60,161 bases of DNA, filler included, from Sphacelaria rigidula (GCA_964200075.2; 6 parts of 6 records of this genome joined end to end with filler, not necessarily neighbours in it), one strand, 5' to 3'; numbered from the whole stretch's first letter, positions 23,326-37,459 are shown. Numbers and translations: made by a program. The notes: generated by a model not told the origin, from the sequence alone.

Positions 23326-26300
23326 GGCATCGGCAGGGTTCTCGAAAAACAATTGCGAAAAGTTCGATGATTGCGTTGCTCCCTCTGAACGTTGCTCGGC
23401 AAGACTTCGACACGCAAGCCCATGAGAATTTTCGTCCTGTTACCCTCTGCTGCATGCAAAGTAACGCGACTAGCAATCAGAGGTCAGCGCAGAGCGCCAC
23501 GTCGAGCCGCAAGCTGAAAGCTATGACTGCGTGCCCAGCACATGGCACGTCGCCTCACAGAGCTGTGGCGGACAATGCTACAATTGCGATCAAGTATCGC
23601 CCGCACACGTATCAGATACCGAGTAAACACAACACCTGATCATCGTCGGTGTCTTCGATATAATCCGGAGATCGCCATGTACACGAGCACTCTCCTCATA
23701 AGTTGGTATGTGACGGCTTCGGGAGGGGCGCGGATATGTCCCCTTCATCCCCGTCTTTCCGCGACTATTTTGTGTTCGTTGTTACATGGAGCTATTCATC
23801 AAGTGAATGGTTGAAGTATTGCATCGAAACTAGTACTTCGTAATACGACTCCAGTGCAGCGTAAATTATCGTTATTTTTATGTACCGTATCAAATATGGG
23901 TCTGGTTTTCGTGCAATACCAATACTGGTCAGTTGAAACTGCCGCCGCGGTCCGGTCGTGCAATGGTCCGACTGTCGCCATTAGGGTGTAGACAACCCTA
24001 GTTAGGTTCCCTATGCGTTGGGTGTTTTCTTCGCAGTATCTGAAATCCACCGTGAAAAGCGTGAGAGCGTGAGTGAACACAGGAGTTAAGTGAGTTTGAT
24101 CGACGTGAGTTGACGCGGTGCGGTAGGGCTGACCCAATCCGCGAGACCAAAGTGTATGTAAGGAGGCGCGTACCGGGGAGATACGGCTTGATCCCTTGAG
24201 ACCACGGAGTTGTCCCGAGGAAGGGGAGGGGTTCAAAGTGTGACAAATAATAATAAATAAAACAATGAGGTGAGGTCAAATAGTTGCTTGATCTGATGAG
24301 TTTGGTGTTACCAGATTCGGGGGTTGTTTCTAGCTGTTTGCGTGGTGCCAAGATCTACCGAGAACTTGAGCTTACTGTGGCTTCGAAAACTGCTTGGAAA
24401 TCATGTGGTTCCAGAAAATACCCTTCATGCTTATTTCGATAACGTTTTCACCTTCATGTCCGAATGCAGATGTTTCCTTCCGGGGAGGTCCTGCGGGGAA
24501 GGGCAGTTGAGGTCATCGCATCGCGACATCCAAACGTGATACACTGAACAAGTTGTACACGTGGTACTAAGGCGTAAATTTCTGTACATACACTACTGCC
24601 CTTGGACGTGGGCGTGGCGGCCTCGTGGATCGCGTGAGTTCGTTTCTACGACGAGGGCTGGGTGCTTGTTTATTGTATCGGTGCTGAGGAGGATGCGATT
24701 GAGAGCGGCCTCGTAGTATGAAAATACTCTGGTGTTGGAACTGGGACATAGCCCGGTGTGACGAGCGTCGGGTCGACAAGAACATTCGTGGATTCAGACT
24801 GAGAGGAGGAAATCCCGACGCATGTGTGGGAATGTGTTCACGGCAAAGACCATACGGATATTAACATAAAATAGTATGAGTCTATCTCACGACGCAACGT
24901 TTATCTTGATCTACAGAGCCAACAACTGTACTGCACTACACGTAGGCAGATCGAGCGACAAGCGACTCCTCATGCGAGCATCCGGTCCTTCAGGTTGACG
25001 AAGAATATGAGGTGCTGCAGATCAGATACATTGGCACCGCAAGTCACCAGTTTCTTTATGAGATACTCATGATGTTATTGCCACTTCGGTGTACTGCAAT
25101 GTAGAGCGGCTACGTGTGTCAAAAGAGGGCACCTTATCGGCAGGATCAAGTCGATGAAGAGGCGCACGGACACGGCTACTTTTTGTTACTCCACTACTGA
25201 TCGGCGGAAATCATGGGCCGACTTCAATTAGACTCATGGAACGCTGTTTGAACCCAGGCTGCTTCAGCTACTCGCGCTCACAATTCATGTGTACTCTAGC
25301 TGAAAACAGAAACATCCATCTGGGAAAGGATGGGAGATGAAGTACTTTCAAGATTCGTACTCTACGCTCACGCATGTTGAAACCTGATGTCTGACTTCAT
25401 GGTGCACCCACGAGAAAAAGGTGTGCATACAAACACACGCCCAGGTTCATTGAAATCCGCACGTGCCATGATTTTCACCTTGCGTGGGGCTAGACCACGA
25501 CCGAGACATAGCCACCTCAATAAGGGCCAGAAAAAAAGACATTTGGCATATTCGATGGGGCGTACAATGTAAGCAAGTATAGAGACAAGTCATCCGAACA
25601 TGAAGTCTTGTACCTGTGCCATGCAGCAAAAAAGATGTTGTTACAGTTGGATGTGCTTAGTCGTCACCGATTTATATTTCTCAGCCACTGCCGATCAGAG
25701 CACCGTTTACTCTACGACTTGTCGGGCAGGCGTTCTGTACTCCAGTGCTACTCTGTTTGTAATGATGCGCCACACACAAACGTGGCTTCTTGAACGGCAG
25801 TGATAAATGTTAGAGGTGTATGTTTAAACTACGCTCATGGAAAAAATAATAAACGGTCCCCCGCACACAAATATAGGACAGACACGAAAGTAGTAACTAC
25901 AGGTACGAGAGAAATGGACCGGGGTATAAAACAGCGCTTCATGAGTGTGTTCGTCAAGGAAGGTATTAGGTTGTCGAAATATTCATCAAGTGAATGAGTG
26001 GGTTCATGTTGGCCGCGTTCAATCTGTTTTATCGCACAACCCTCCGGGAAACTTTGCTAACACACATTTGTCACCACTGTTGTCTTATTGACAGCACTAT
26101 AGAGCAGTAGTATACGACGAAATCGCACTCGTTCACCTCACGCAAGTAGCCGCTATCCCAAGCTCTGCTTTCCCAAGCTCCTACTCACCTAGTGTCACCG
26201 AATCACAGTATGGGATTCGAATCTAAGAGCACTCCCGCGGTTCATTGCTTGCGATAGGCTTGCAGCAAAACACACGAAGAAACACAAACGCTATCAATGA

Positions 26301-28899
26301 AAGCGTCTCCGCCCCCTCTTCTTCAAGCTAATGGAAGCATATACTACGGAATATCATGTATCGTCGTTGGACCCCGACCCCGAGCGCCATGTATGACCTT
26401 TCGTATCTGTCTACTTCGGTCAGGGCGTACGTCATTCCACACTCATTCCGTCTTCGCCACAATATTCAAATTGATGCGGAATAGCCTCGTGTGATACTCC
26501 AAACAAAGGAAGGCAGCACGTACGCTGTACGTTCAGCCGTGGTACGTACAGTAAAATATGGGCTTAAGAAACATGAACACAGAACTAACCAAAGCAAGTC
26601 AGCGTGTAGCACTAAAATCTTTGGCGGCAACACGCTGGAAGCACCTATTTAACTGACTGCAGAGTCCAACAAGCGACCGAATAACTGAGCAATTACATGC
26701 TGCTTCTTCTTCTGATAGCCTTCATACACGGTGTGATATATGATGAATTCCGCCTCAAGCACATGTGCATCCAAGACAGCGCGAACTATATATCGTACCC
26801 TTCAAGCATGTAGATCAGAATCACAAAAACAACGATACGAATAGTACGGAATGCTGCCGCAATAGCCCCCCCCCCGAAAACAACAGCTCCAAAATTGTCA
26901 CGAAGAAAACGTCCATATAGCGCATCATAACTGGTTTCAGACTGCATACCGTGCGTCATGTGGACGACATTGGCGAGAACGAGCCCAAGCGTGAGAGTCC
27001 CCAGCTGTTCGGTATGCTCGGCTCTGATCATTTTGATTCACATGTAGGTTTTGCCCGCCGACCACTTCTCTTAGAGGAGGTCCGTCGCGACATCACTCTA
27101 CAGTGCAGCGAACATTTTTTGTACCAGGCAGTATATTCCCAGGCGCTGGGCACAGGGGGCCGAAGGACCGTACTATTATTGTGGGCAAGAGGTGCCAGGC
27201 ACCACTGCGCGGCGCCATGAAACAAGAGAAACTTGCGGTGGCCCACAATCGGTAGGTGCTACAATGAGCAAATGATCTCGTCACTGTGGTCGCCGCCGCC
27301 ACAGCCGCACCGGACGACGCGGGGCTGATATTCAACACGAACTACCCGCTGATATGGCCCTTGAGTGAGTGGAAATTAACCCGCGACATGTAAACCTACC
27401 TGCGCCGAAAACGATGACGCTGCTCCGTCGTGTGTCGCCACGACGATAAATGTCCTTGCCGTCGGGGAGGTTGAACCTGAGCTGCCACCACACCCGTACC
27501 CTCCTCTCCTGCCCTCGGAGCGTTATCGTGAAGTATCTAAAGGTCGAGCACATACACCATGTGTAACTTCAACTCTTCGGGCAAGTTCTTCTTCTCCGAA
27601 AATACCTTGAAGTAGGGTTTACCCCGACCAGTCGCGCGGAATCCGTGTTTGACACATACATGCAGCATTTACGCCAGCATCCTGGTGCGGATCTCCGGCG
27701 GTCATTATTGTAACTTTCTGGCCTGGAACCGATAAAAAAGATAGACCGAAGGGTGCAAACAACATTAAGTCAAGGGAAATATGTTCTGAGGTTTTGTGTG
27801 GGAGCGGGGGAATTTCTGACTTGCGGATGAACAGTTGGAGTTTTCCATGGGTCAATTTTCGGTGCAGATGACTCGTGTGCAAGAACCGACACCATGAGTG
27901 CATGCGCCTGTTCGTGTCGTGTCACTCAACCAAAAGGTGTTATCCTGCAGCTAGTATCATTTAGTGTCACGTAGTGTCGACTTGTAAATGCGTGGTCATG
28001 GACTACCTAACGCTTCTGACAGTAGTATCTTGTGACGTACCTGCCAGTGTCCTTGTGTACTCGATGCGCTGTGGTGCACATACGTACTACTATCGCGCCG
28101 TGCCCACACTGGCGGTGAGGATGGGCTTGGCGCTTGTTCGTCTGTCTGCAGGTCGGAAACGTGCGCCGTTGGCGCGGTGTGGGCCACATGTGTTCGGACC
28201 TTCACAACCCAGCTGCCAGCACCATATCTGCTGCGGTAGAACGGCCGGATGTGGGGAGACGGGGGGGCGCTGCTCGTTGTAAGTTAAGACTCCTGACAGA
28301 CGGTGTTTGTTCTCTGTACTTTTCATAAAGTTTCATTCATTGCCATCCATATTTCTGTCCATTCCGTTTCCATTTCTAGATGAAAATGGATGATATGGAT
28401 GAAAATGGATGAAAAATGAAGCCCGTTTATAAGTTACCGGAGTACCCCGCCCAATGACGCGTCATGATGTTTGTCGAGGTGCCCTGATAGTATTCCTGAC
28501 GATGTCAAATGTGCTCGTACCGAGCGCGACGATTCATTTTCAATCTGTTGCCATTTCGTTTCTGTCCGTCTGATGGAGTTGCTGCTGTAAAATGTTTTTG
28601 ATCTTCCGACTATGATTTTGAATAGGCCGGGTAGGCTGCCGCTCTGCTTGAGAGTCTTCGTTTGTCGATTTCAGCGCATGCAGCATCATGAGTAATGAGG
28701 AATCTGCAGTCGCAGCACCGAATTGTGTCTCGAGGAAGTTTTTCATGGGACTGATTTTTGGAGGTTTGAACCATTTTTGTGGTGAAGGAGTCAACATGCT
28801 CACGATCTTGACAGCGTGAATCATTTTGTGACCAGTGCGCTCATCATGTCAAGAGGAGAGTGATAACAACCAACAGTGGGTGTGGACACCCAGTTACTA

Positions 28900-29640
28900 C
28901 AGATAACCCGAAAAGGGCGCATGTCGCCTTCGATACCAAGAATCAAGCTTTGCGGTACAAGAAGTTGTTCCTCGTGGTCAGAGCTCTTCATAGACGAACT
29001 ACTACTACTGTACTTGGTCCTCTTGCCCAGGGCTCTCCACGGGACCAACTGCTGCTTGGTGAAAAAGTTGGAGCCGCTGAACGATTGTACACTACTGCTT
29101 AGCTGTATCGATGACAGGAATTACTTGCGGTCAAGCCGACAAATACGTGGACAGACGCCGACACGGGGAAAGCAGCAGCGGCGCCTTCATCTCTCCAGTG
29201 GAGTACCCTCGCGCGGAACTCCGGTGATCATACGGGTCCTGGCAGGGCTGGTGTTGAGTGGGGTGCAGATAATCGATGACTCCACGGTTGACCAGATGAA
29301 GCTCAACAGTGGGTCGCCCGTGGACGTTACGGATCGCCGGGACACTGGAGATTATGCTGCAGGAATCTACTGGCGCCGGCGGGAAGAAAAGTACCGCGAT
29401 GTCGGTGTCTGCCGGGAAACGTGCAAAAACGCGAGTGTAGATATATATGGAGATACTGTATACCCTGATATATCCACTGCAGGGTCATGCACCTACAAGA
29501 GTATTGGGCGGGCAGAGGCTGGGCGCGGTCCCGGTGCGGCGGGCAGGGGCTCCGGCACAGCGAGCTAGATCATTGCGGCACGGATCGCTACTGATGCTTG
29601 TGAGACATCCGGCGGGCATGGGATCGCGGTGACCATCTGC
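28900..29640 (+). pseudogene. Highly decayed Ty1/copia-like reverse transcriptase
   Basis: Ordered remnants KLCG...SWSELF, NCCLVK, LLLSCIDD, GVQI..D....MKL and GSLLML resemble the copia motifs KxLYG..W, DPCLY, LLLYVDD, LGVxI and GSLLYL. Confidence 0.4.
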
Positions 29641-30429
29641 GCAATACCAACACGGACGCGGAAATGTACGTACTGTCTCTTGTCGTGTCTAGGATCCACT
29701 TTGTAGTTCCACCGCTTGCTGGGTACGGTGGTGACGTTGTGTAACTTCCTGCGGTGATAAGTTGTGTCAACAGTCATTTTTTCGGGAATTGCCACAGATT
29801 TATTATTGCTGAAAGATCGTTTCATGTGCAATACTTATACCTGTGTTACTGTACTGTATACTCGTGTGGATCATATCTGTGGCGGTTTGAAGAGTTAATT
29901 TCGAAGGAGAGTCGAGGTGACAATAGTAGTGAGGGGGTGTTATATACCGTCATCTTTTGCACCCTTGTGCCCAGGCACACCCTGGACAATAGACGGCATC
30001 TATTGCGATAGCAATAGAATCTGCTGCAGTAGATNNNNNNNNNNNNNNNNNNNNNNNNNNNNNNNNNNNNNNNNNNNNTTAATTAATTAANNNNNNNNNN
30101 NNNNNNNNNNNNNNNNNNNNNNNNNNNNNNNNNNGGTTGATTCTCATTTCAAAATACGCTCTCATTTTTCTGGCAAACCTGTTAATGACTGCTGCTGTTC
30201 TTGCCCAAATGTATTAGACGCCGACTGCGTAACTCTCTGAAGCTAGCTAAACGCACAATTACTCTGCTGTTGATGCTTAAACTTACTTTCTTCCCTGCTC
30301 TCTGGCTGTAATCACCCCGTTCGAAATTGCTAGCGTAATGAAAAAAAAGAGGCTGTAGTCGCCTCGTTCGAAATTGCTAGCGTAATGAAAACAGAGGCCT
30401 TTCCGAGGACGTGATCTGGACAGGGGGTA

Positions 30430-30890
30430 ATGTGTGGTAACTCTTCTTTTATCAATATGTTATGCCCTTCACTCACCAAACATCATCCGTGCAAGCTCCA
30501 CCCGAGCTGCTCCCTTTCTCCAGAATGCTGTATGCAGTAAAATAGACAAGAAGGAATAACTGCTGAAGCTGGCGGGTACGACTGCACCGTGAGTTCCCTT
30601 ATATGCCATACATACAGTCATAATACAAAATACATACGATGCCGCATACACTACCCGGTAGCCTTGATACACCATCAATCTGGGCCTTATGTACCCGAAT
30701 TAATCCAAGTACCTGTGTACTAGTGTTCAGCTCGGCAATATTCCAATAAGGCGATGCACCATGCACGCTGCCCACATCGCCCACTTGATTCTGATACTGC
30801 ATACCTACCTATTGTATTGGGTGGAGCTTGCACGGTTGGTGATGGGTGAGTAAAGGGTATACGATGTTAATACGAAGAGGTGTTACACAT
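30430..30890. repeat. Foldback/MITE-like element with ~75-bp imperfect inverted arms
   Basis: ...ACTCACC...CCGTGCAAGCTCCACCC (30430-30503) is complementary to GGGTGGAGCTTGCACGG...GGTGAGT (30819-30890). Confidence 0.65.
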
Positions 30891-30935
30891 CCCCCTCTAT
30901 CCAGAGCACCTACTTTAAGAGGCCTTCATGAAAGA

Positions 30936-31704
30936 CACATGGGACGAGCGCAGATAGGTGTTTCACTCGCTGGACTTTGACATAAGCTGTGATGCGTGAG
31001 AGGACCGCGTGCTTAGAGGACCGCATCGGAAATTGAACATCTCCATGGTTAGGGTTAGAGTAAGGGTTAGTGTTGGGGTTATGGTCAGGGGCGTGGTACC
31101 TGCAGGGACTGGCTCGACTGGTTTTGAAAAACATCAATCCTGAAGTGTTTTGAACTACGGCGCGGTCCACTAAGCACGTGGTCCTCTCACGCATTACATA
31201 ATAAGCTATGTCCAAATCGCGACTTGAACATAGCTCATATCCACCTTCATTCAGGTGGCGGTATTGTTGGGCACGGTTGTGTGTAGCAGGCGCATTTCTC
31301 GTCCGCTACTGGGCCGTTTGCACCGTGCGATGGCTTGAACGATGGCTACGGACTGTGTGAGTGTATTACGGCTGCTGTGGTGTCGATGCAAGGCACATGG
31401 GACGAGCGTGGACAGGTATTCCACTCGCTGGAGTTGGACATTACTACGTCCAAGTCGCGACTTGAACATAGCTCATTATATCCACCTTCAGTTGGGCGGC
31501 GGTATTTTTCGGCACTGTGCAGCAGGCACATTTCTCGCCCGCTACGAGGCCGTTTGCACAGTGCGATGGCTTGAACGATGGCTACGGATTGTTTGAGTGT
31601 ATTCCGGGTGTTGTGATGTCGATGCAAGGTACATGGGACGAAGGCGGGCAGGTTATCAAATCGCAGCTGGAGTTGGACATAAGCGATGTCCAAGTCGCGA
31701 CTTG
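30936..31704 (+). repeat. ~236-bp tandem repeat (about 2.3 units), first unit interrupted by a MITE
   Basis: ACATGGGACGA recurs at ~30937, ~31396 and ~31631; the unit bodies align. Confidence 0.85.
30988..31198. mobile_element. TGT...ACA MITE with internal telomere-like tract, copy 1
   Basis: ~37-bp TIRs; decayed GGTTAG repeats at 31047-31081; TAAGC on both sides (3-nt offset on the right); the empty site is visible at ~31673-31700. Confidence 0.8.
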
Positions 31705-33332
31705 GGAATGCATTACCCTAAAAAATGAAACCGTCAAACCCAAAGTATTTTGAAATGCTTTAACACAACAAATAAGAGATGGTGGTGCTCATCAATCTCT
31801 CCCCCGGCGCTTTCAGCACCCTCACGACCCCACAAGTTATGGTTCATAAACATCATTTTCGGGGTGGTGTTGTAAGAGATGATGTGGTGTAACCGCTGAG
31901 GGTTAAGATCACGGACGCGGTCCCTTCAGGGACTTGCCCGAGCGGTCTCGAAAAATGTATATCCTGGCATATTTCAATTCCGATGCGATCCGAAAAGCGC
32001 GCGATCCTTCGACGCATTACAATACCCCCAGCAGTCTGGTTGTAAGCTCCGGGCTCTGCTAGGGGGGCTACAACATAACCGCCAAACACTTTTACCATCA
32101 TCTATCACTCACCAATAAATAATCAAGTCCTTTGCGGTGCTATTTCCACTGTAGTTTCAATTGCAGTGTAGTGCTGTTTCGAACGCTACTCTATCATCTG
32201 TATTCACTGTATCCACCTCTGTTCACAAACCTACATCACCATCACTACTTTTTGACATCAAAGTATCATTTTTCAATCAGAACCCAAAATCAATAACCCG
32301 CAAACCGTTACGGCTACAAGCCCGCCCATGCATCGCCTTGCACCAGCACAATACGCACATCCGCCACACAGAGACGTCTTAGCTCGCACCTCTTGAATAT
32401 CGGACAGTCGGGATACCCTTCTTGGAACATTTGAATTACTTGCCGGACATAATGGAAAGCACGCTCGAGCCGCCCTTATTCTCTAAGCAGCTAACGCATC
32501 GCGCAAAACATACAGGGGGTGCATGCAATACCCCCCACACCTTTCCCTTCCCCTCACTATCTCACCGTCTATCTTCTCTCACTGTTTCTAGCGCTAAAGC
32601 ACACCCCAGTTCATGTTCTTGACACCCGAACATATGGGGTTTTCGCAACAAAACAAACGTCTTCACGTCTCCAGCAGGCAAACCCTAACAACAACAACCA
32701 CATCAGAGACATACTGCTGTCCGCCTAACATAGAACAAGACACTATTCGCACGTCTTCTACACATCTGCTTCATCACCGTTTGCATTTTAAAATACACCA
32801 GTAACACCGTGTGCAATAGCGGTAGCAAGAACGGCCACCAAGTAACGGATTATCATAACTTGCCTACCATGACACTGACCCATCGATATATATTCTGAGT
32901 CTGAAGCGGTCCGCAACGAAAACATATCACATGTTTCGCAACAAGTGCTGCGTGAAACTTTGGACACAATCGACAGTCGACCGTCCTGACTTCGAAGGAA
33001 AGCCAGCTAGCTTTAACATGTGTACACTTCACACACCTTTGCAAGCAACCAATCAATTGAAACCCCCACAAAGAATACAACGACTTGAAGGAAGTCTTCA
33101 CATACCATGTTCAGTCACTTTACATCGTAAACAAGAACATCAAACGGTCACTCGGTGCCTTCGTCCCATTTCCACTTCGCCGGTGTTTGCGTGTATGGTT
33201 TCGAAAACGAAGACAACGCATTTGCTTCATTGACACGCACGTCACTGCACTCAAATATGTTCCCTCTGAACGTACGGATACCAAGGCCAGAAGGAAGAAT
33301 GACAAAAGCCGAACGCGGAAGAGTTCGCACGC

Positions 33333-36300
33333 CTACTCGTATTGGTAGACACTCATGACCCATTTCCCTCCGCATATCTGGCTAGCATCCCCGGCGCATT
33401 CGCGGTCGCACTCGTCGGATTCCCCGTACTTAAGGTGGTCCGTGTCATGGTCCCCGCACCAGCACTGCTCGAGTTCCGCGTGCGAGAATCGATCAGACGG
33501 ACGTAAGATGTCGGTTAGTTGGCGCGGAGAAGTGTGGCGATGGTACCTGGGAAGCCTCCTGATCCTTCTCGCTATCCTGACAGCAATTCGTTTCAAAATA
33601 ATGCTACACTGTTTTATGACAACGTTCAACGTATCGTCGTCACAGCAAGCCATATTATTCTCACCTCGCGACCGTACTGTGTCCCGAAGACCTCGCTGCC
33701 TGTACACTTGTCCTCACACATCTGTGTCATGTTTTGCATTGATTTGTGGACGCAGCGAAAACAACAGTAGGGGATAAAGTTGTAGAAGCGGCATTGGTGT
33801 GTGACCCCGACCCAGAACTTGATACTACGGTAGGGATGCACAAATATTTTCTGGGGTTGGAATTGTGAGGAGCCCATTACCTCATCCAAAATACGACTGT
33901 TGAAATATGTGATAGTACGCCAGGATCACTACCCTCATGTGCTGGGGATATACCGAATGAATTTTCGAACGGGGATGCCCGGACCCACATTCTTGTGCAT
34001 CTAGGACCCTTGGGAGCCCCTGAACCGGACAAGATTTTGCGCAAAAGAGGCACTCCTACTGTAGCATTGCTCCAGACCAGATGACGCTGCTCTGCCAGCA
34101 ACACAAAAGTTATTTGGGGTGTGCCGTGACCCAACGTATATATGTCCCGGACAGCTCGAGCAATAACATCGAGCACGATATTAGCGCAAGTCGGTTTTCC
34201 TTCAATTCCTTCACTAACCCAATGTACGAATGGTGATTATTCTCCCATCTACCCGCGTACATGCCACACATTCGCAGCGGAAACCCACGTCTCGCATTCA
34301 ACCTGAAACGGATATGTTGACACTCATAATAGGCACATGCATCCTTGTGTATCATGCGCCCGCTCACCTGTGTAGTCATGCTATCGTCCTCCAGGGCTAA
34401 GCGCATGATGCGCGACGACTTTGGCTCGTCGATGAAGCACCCAACGTACGCCGCCCCACGGGTGAACTGCGAGTTCGACGCGGCAACAGTTGCAGGTCCC
34501 GACTCATCGTCATCAGAGTCTGGGTTGCTGTCCGTGTCATCAGATCCCGAAGACCTCGGGGGCATGGTCCCAAAACCACTGAAACCCGAGGACCTCGGGG
34601 GCATGGTCCCAGAACCACTGAAACCCGAGGACCTCGGGGGCATGGTCGCAGAATCATCGGAACCTGAGGACCTCGGGGGCATGGTCCCAGAACCACCGAA
34701 ACCCGAGGACCTCGGGGGCATGGTCGCAGAATCATCAGAACCCGAGGACCTCGGGGGCATGGTCCCAGAAACAGACCTATCCATGTCGTCGATGAAGGGG
34801 ACAGAGGGGAGGGTCTCGGGGCACTCCCCATCCCACGACATCGCAATATCTTCGTCATCCCTAAGGTGTGACCAAAGCGCCGATGGTGAGTACGGAGGGG
34901 TGGGGAGGGGGGGAGATACAGTTGGCACGGATGCGGTTTCGGCGGATCAGATGATAAATGTGCCTGCCAAGAGCAACAGTGTGCCTCAAACATGCAAATT
35001 GCTTCAGAAAACATAGTTGCACCTGACCAAAAATGGAGGCAATCGACTGGTGGTTAAGGCAAGACTACGCCCGCAGAGAGATCAGCGAGTGCAACTCACC
35101 CTGTCTCGGTAACGTCGCAATCACCGTCGCATGTGTTTCCGCACACGAATCCTTGGGGCACCTGCATAGCCTTGATGGATCCTACGCCGGTATTTTCAAA
35201 GTGGTTCCCGTACACCTGATTGGGGGCGTGAGAAAATGGCACGAGACTGCACTGTTCAGGTAAGCACTGTAGTGTATATCCCTTGAAAATCCTTGGTTTT
35301 CATGGGTGGGTAGAGCAACGTCATTTCTCTCGTGGCCGGGTAAATTACTGCATCTTCTGTGTAAGATGGAAGCAAATAGGCCAAACGTTGTTGAGATTTG
35401 TACCTTCATCGGAACAGCATCAATATACTATGTATATACTCGTGACCCCTCGCAGTGAATGTATCAATTGACGGACGGGCATAAAACAAAATGCACAAGG
35501 GACAGAGGAGGTAGACAGCACGTGTACTTCGCGCGAAAAACACAGGGAGTGTACCGCAGTATGTCATGGAACATCATGGCATCATCACGCTCACATCGTT
35601 CTCGACACCATATACGAAGTCGTCGATCACGTGCCCTCCCAAGCGAATCCCGGCCCCGAGGCAGTCTGAGGCGAAGTTGTTCCTGAGCGTACAACGAATA
35701 GGCGACCGGCAATGAAGCAAGCGTTACTTTCACGTACTGTACACGCACATCCATGAAAGCCTTCACGAAATAAGTATGACTACGACCTGCTATTCCCGCC
35801 TTGAGTATAGAATATGACGTGAGTCCTGTAACTAGAATTGAGCTTGGTTTATTTTATCCAGGAGCGACGAGCTCAGCAATACTGGAAGACGGGCATCTTG
35901 AAAGCGATATATGAACGCCGTACCTACTGACCGGTCTTGGAGGATTCGAGTATGTATTCCTCGTTAATCGGCAAACAATTGGTAGAACAGCACCCATTTC
36001 GTGTAAAATCCTAAGAAACACGGTCGTCCCCTTGTAGGCTCTATGCGCATAGTAATGACGTACCGTTACGCCTAGTTTTTGAGATTTAGGATACTGTTCC
36101 CTACCTGTATCCAACCTGGAACGTGCTGGACACGAGAATCTCCCCTGAAAAGCATGTGATCCATTTTACCCAAAAGCAGGCTGCGTCCACCATGTTCCCT
36201 GAATGTTGATGTTAGGACAGCGTTCTTTAACGCTAATTGGCAACAGCAGTCCATAACAAAGTTTCCTGCAAAAAAACAAATCTTGCTCAAACCTTGCTTG

Positions 36301-37459
36301 AAGCAAAGCGTACCTGAAGGTGTTTCCGTTTCCCCTTGAGTCGTAGCAGCCGGACTCTTCATCCAGCTGCTCCGCGCACACGTTGTTCTCGACGACGTTC
36401 ATGGTGGCGCCTTCCTTGATATCCACGCACTCGTTTCCGCGAGGTGTGAGCTTGTTGTTAATGACCAGGTTGTAGTTACTTCCGTCCGGGCCGTCCGTCC
36501 ACTGGTTACTGGAAGTTCCAATGTAAATGGCTTCGCCAATTTTTCCATCGAACTGGAATCGGAAGTCATAGATACCGCAGTCCTCGATCACGTTGTTGGC
36601 GATGACCGAGTTTGTTACCCAGTTCCTCATGCGCACACACTCCATGCTGCAAGTGCAAAGTGAGTGCGGCCGAACACGCGTTCACGTTGTCCAAGAAGAG
36701 ATTTACAACATGATAATATAGTCGTTATGGTAGATGTTGTAATGTGTGAGAGGACCGCGTGCTTAGAGGACCGCATCTGAATTTGAATATCCGTATGGTT
36801 GGGGTTAGGGTTAGGGTTAGGGTTAGGGTTGGGGTTAGGGTCAGGGGCGTGGTACCTGCAGGGACTGGCCCAATTGGTGTAAAAATATGTCGATCCTGGG
36901 GTGTTTTGGACTACGCCGCGGTCCCCTAAGCACGCGGTTCTCTCACGCATTACAGATGTCATGACAACAGGGGTCGGGCGCAGAGGGGACATACTTTCTC
37001 TGTTTGATGCGTACCTTTGCGCAAAACGAACGAATCCACCACGTAGTAGAGATGACTTTCCGTGGAAACGGCTTTTCTAGTGTAACAGCAACCCCCCCTC
37101 CCCTCTCCGCCCGTTCGCTTACCACATGGATCAGAATGTCAAATGGTTCGAGGCAATTTTCACCATCATCTGAACGGTCGTATGTCGGTATTGTCACGGT
37201 ACTCACCACGAGAGCCCACGGATGTCATCTAACTATTTTGTCTCTACTGAACCAACTGCACGTAGCAGCAGCAAACGACAACGTACCCGCAGTTCATGAT
37301 CGTCATATCCTCCATGTGGAAGCCAATTAGGGAGGTTTCCACCTCGCTACCATGGTATGCCACAGTCGTTGGCTTCTCTTTCCCCTCGATCCATATGCAC
37401 TTGTCGACATATGACTCTTCTTCTTCCAAGTCGTCCAAGTGTCCGTCAACGGTGAATCC
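33333..37459 (-). CDS. Right-handed parallel beta-helix (pectin-lyase-like fold) protein with Ser/Pro/Gly linker and C-terminal WSC domain; partial and possibly pseudogenised
   Basis: Exons 37459-37287, 36646-36314 (ECVRMR..., GEAIYIGTS, GNECVDIKEG), 35215-35100, 34860-34368 (YVGCFID...SMT) and 33464-33333 (CWCG...CDRECAGDASQICGG...SVY). Canonical splice sites; phases match at exons 1-2 and 3-4. Two small expected exons were not found. Confidence 0.8.
34535..34770 (-). repeat. Coding minisatellite, 6 x 39 bp (TMPPRSSGxxxSx)
   Basis: GACCTCGGGGGCATGGTC recurs every 39 bp. Confidence 0.92.
36738..36954. mobile_element. TGT...ACA MITE with (TTAGGG)n tract, copy 2 (intronic)
   Basis: TIRs TGTAATGTGTGAGAGGACCGCGTGCTTAGAGGACCGC / GCGGTCCCCTAAGCACGCGGTTCTCTCACGCATTACA; perfect 5-bp TSD GATGT; TTAGGG/TTGGGG run at 36797-36840. 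Confidence 0.88.

Noticed and set aside
34345-35016. 223-aa plus-strand ORF
   Set aside because: It is the antisense shadow of the minus-strand repeat exon that carries the WSC motif and splice sites.
36797-36840. True telomere or chromosome-fusion scar
   Set aside because: The tract is short and lies inside a TIR- and TSD-bounded element present twice.
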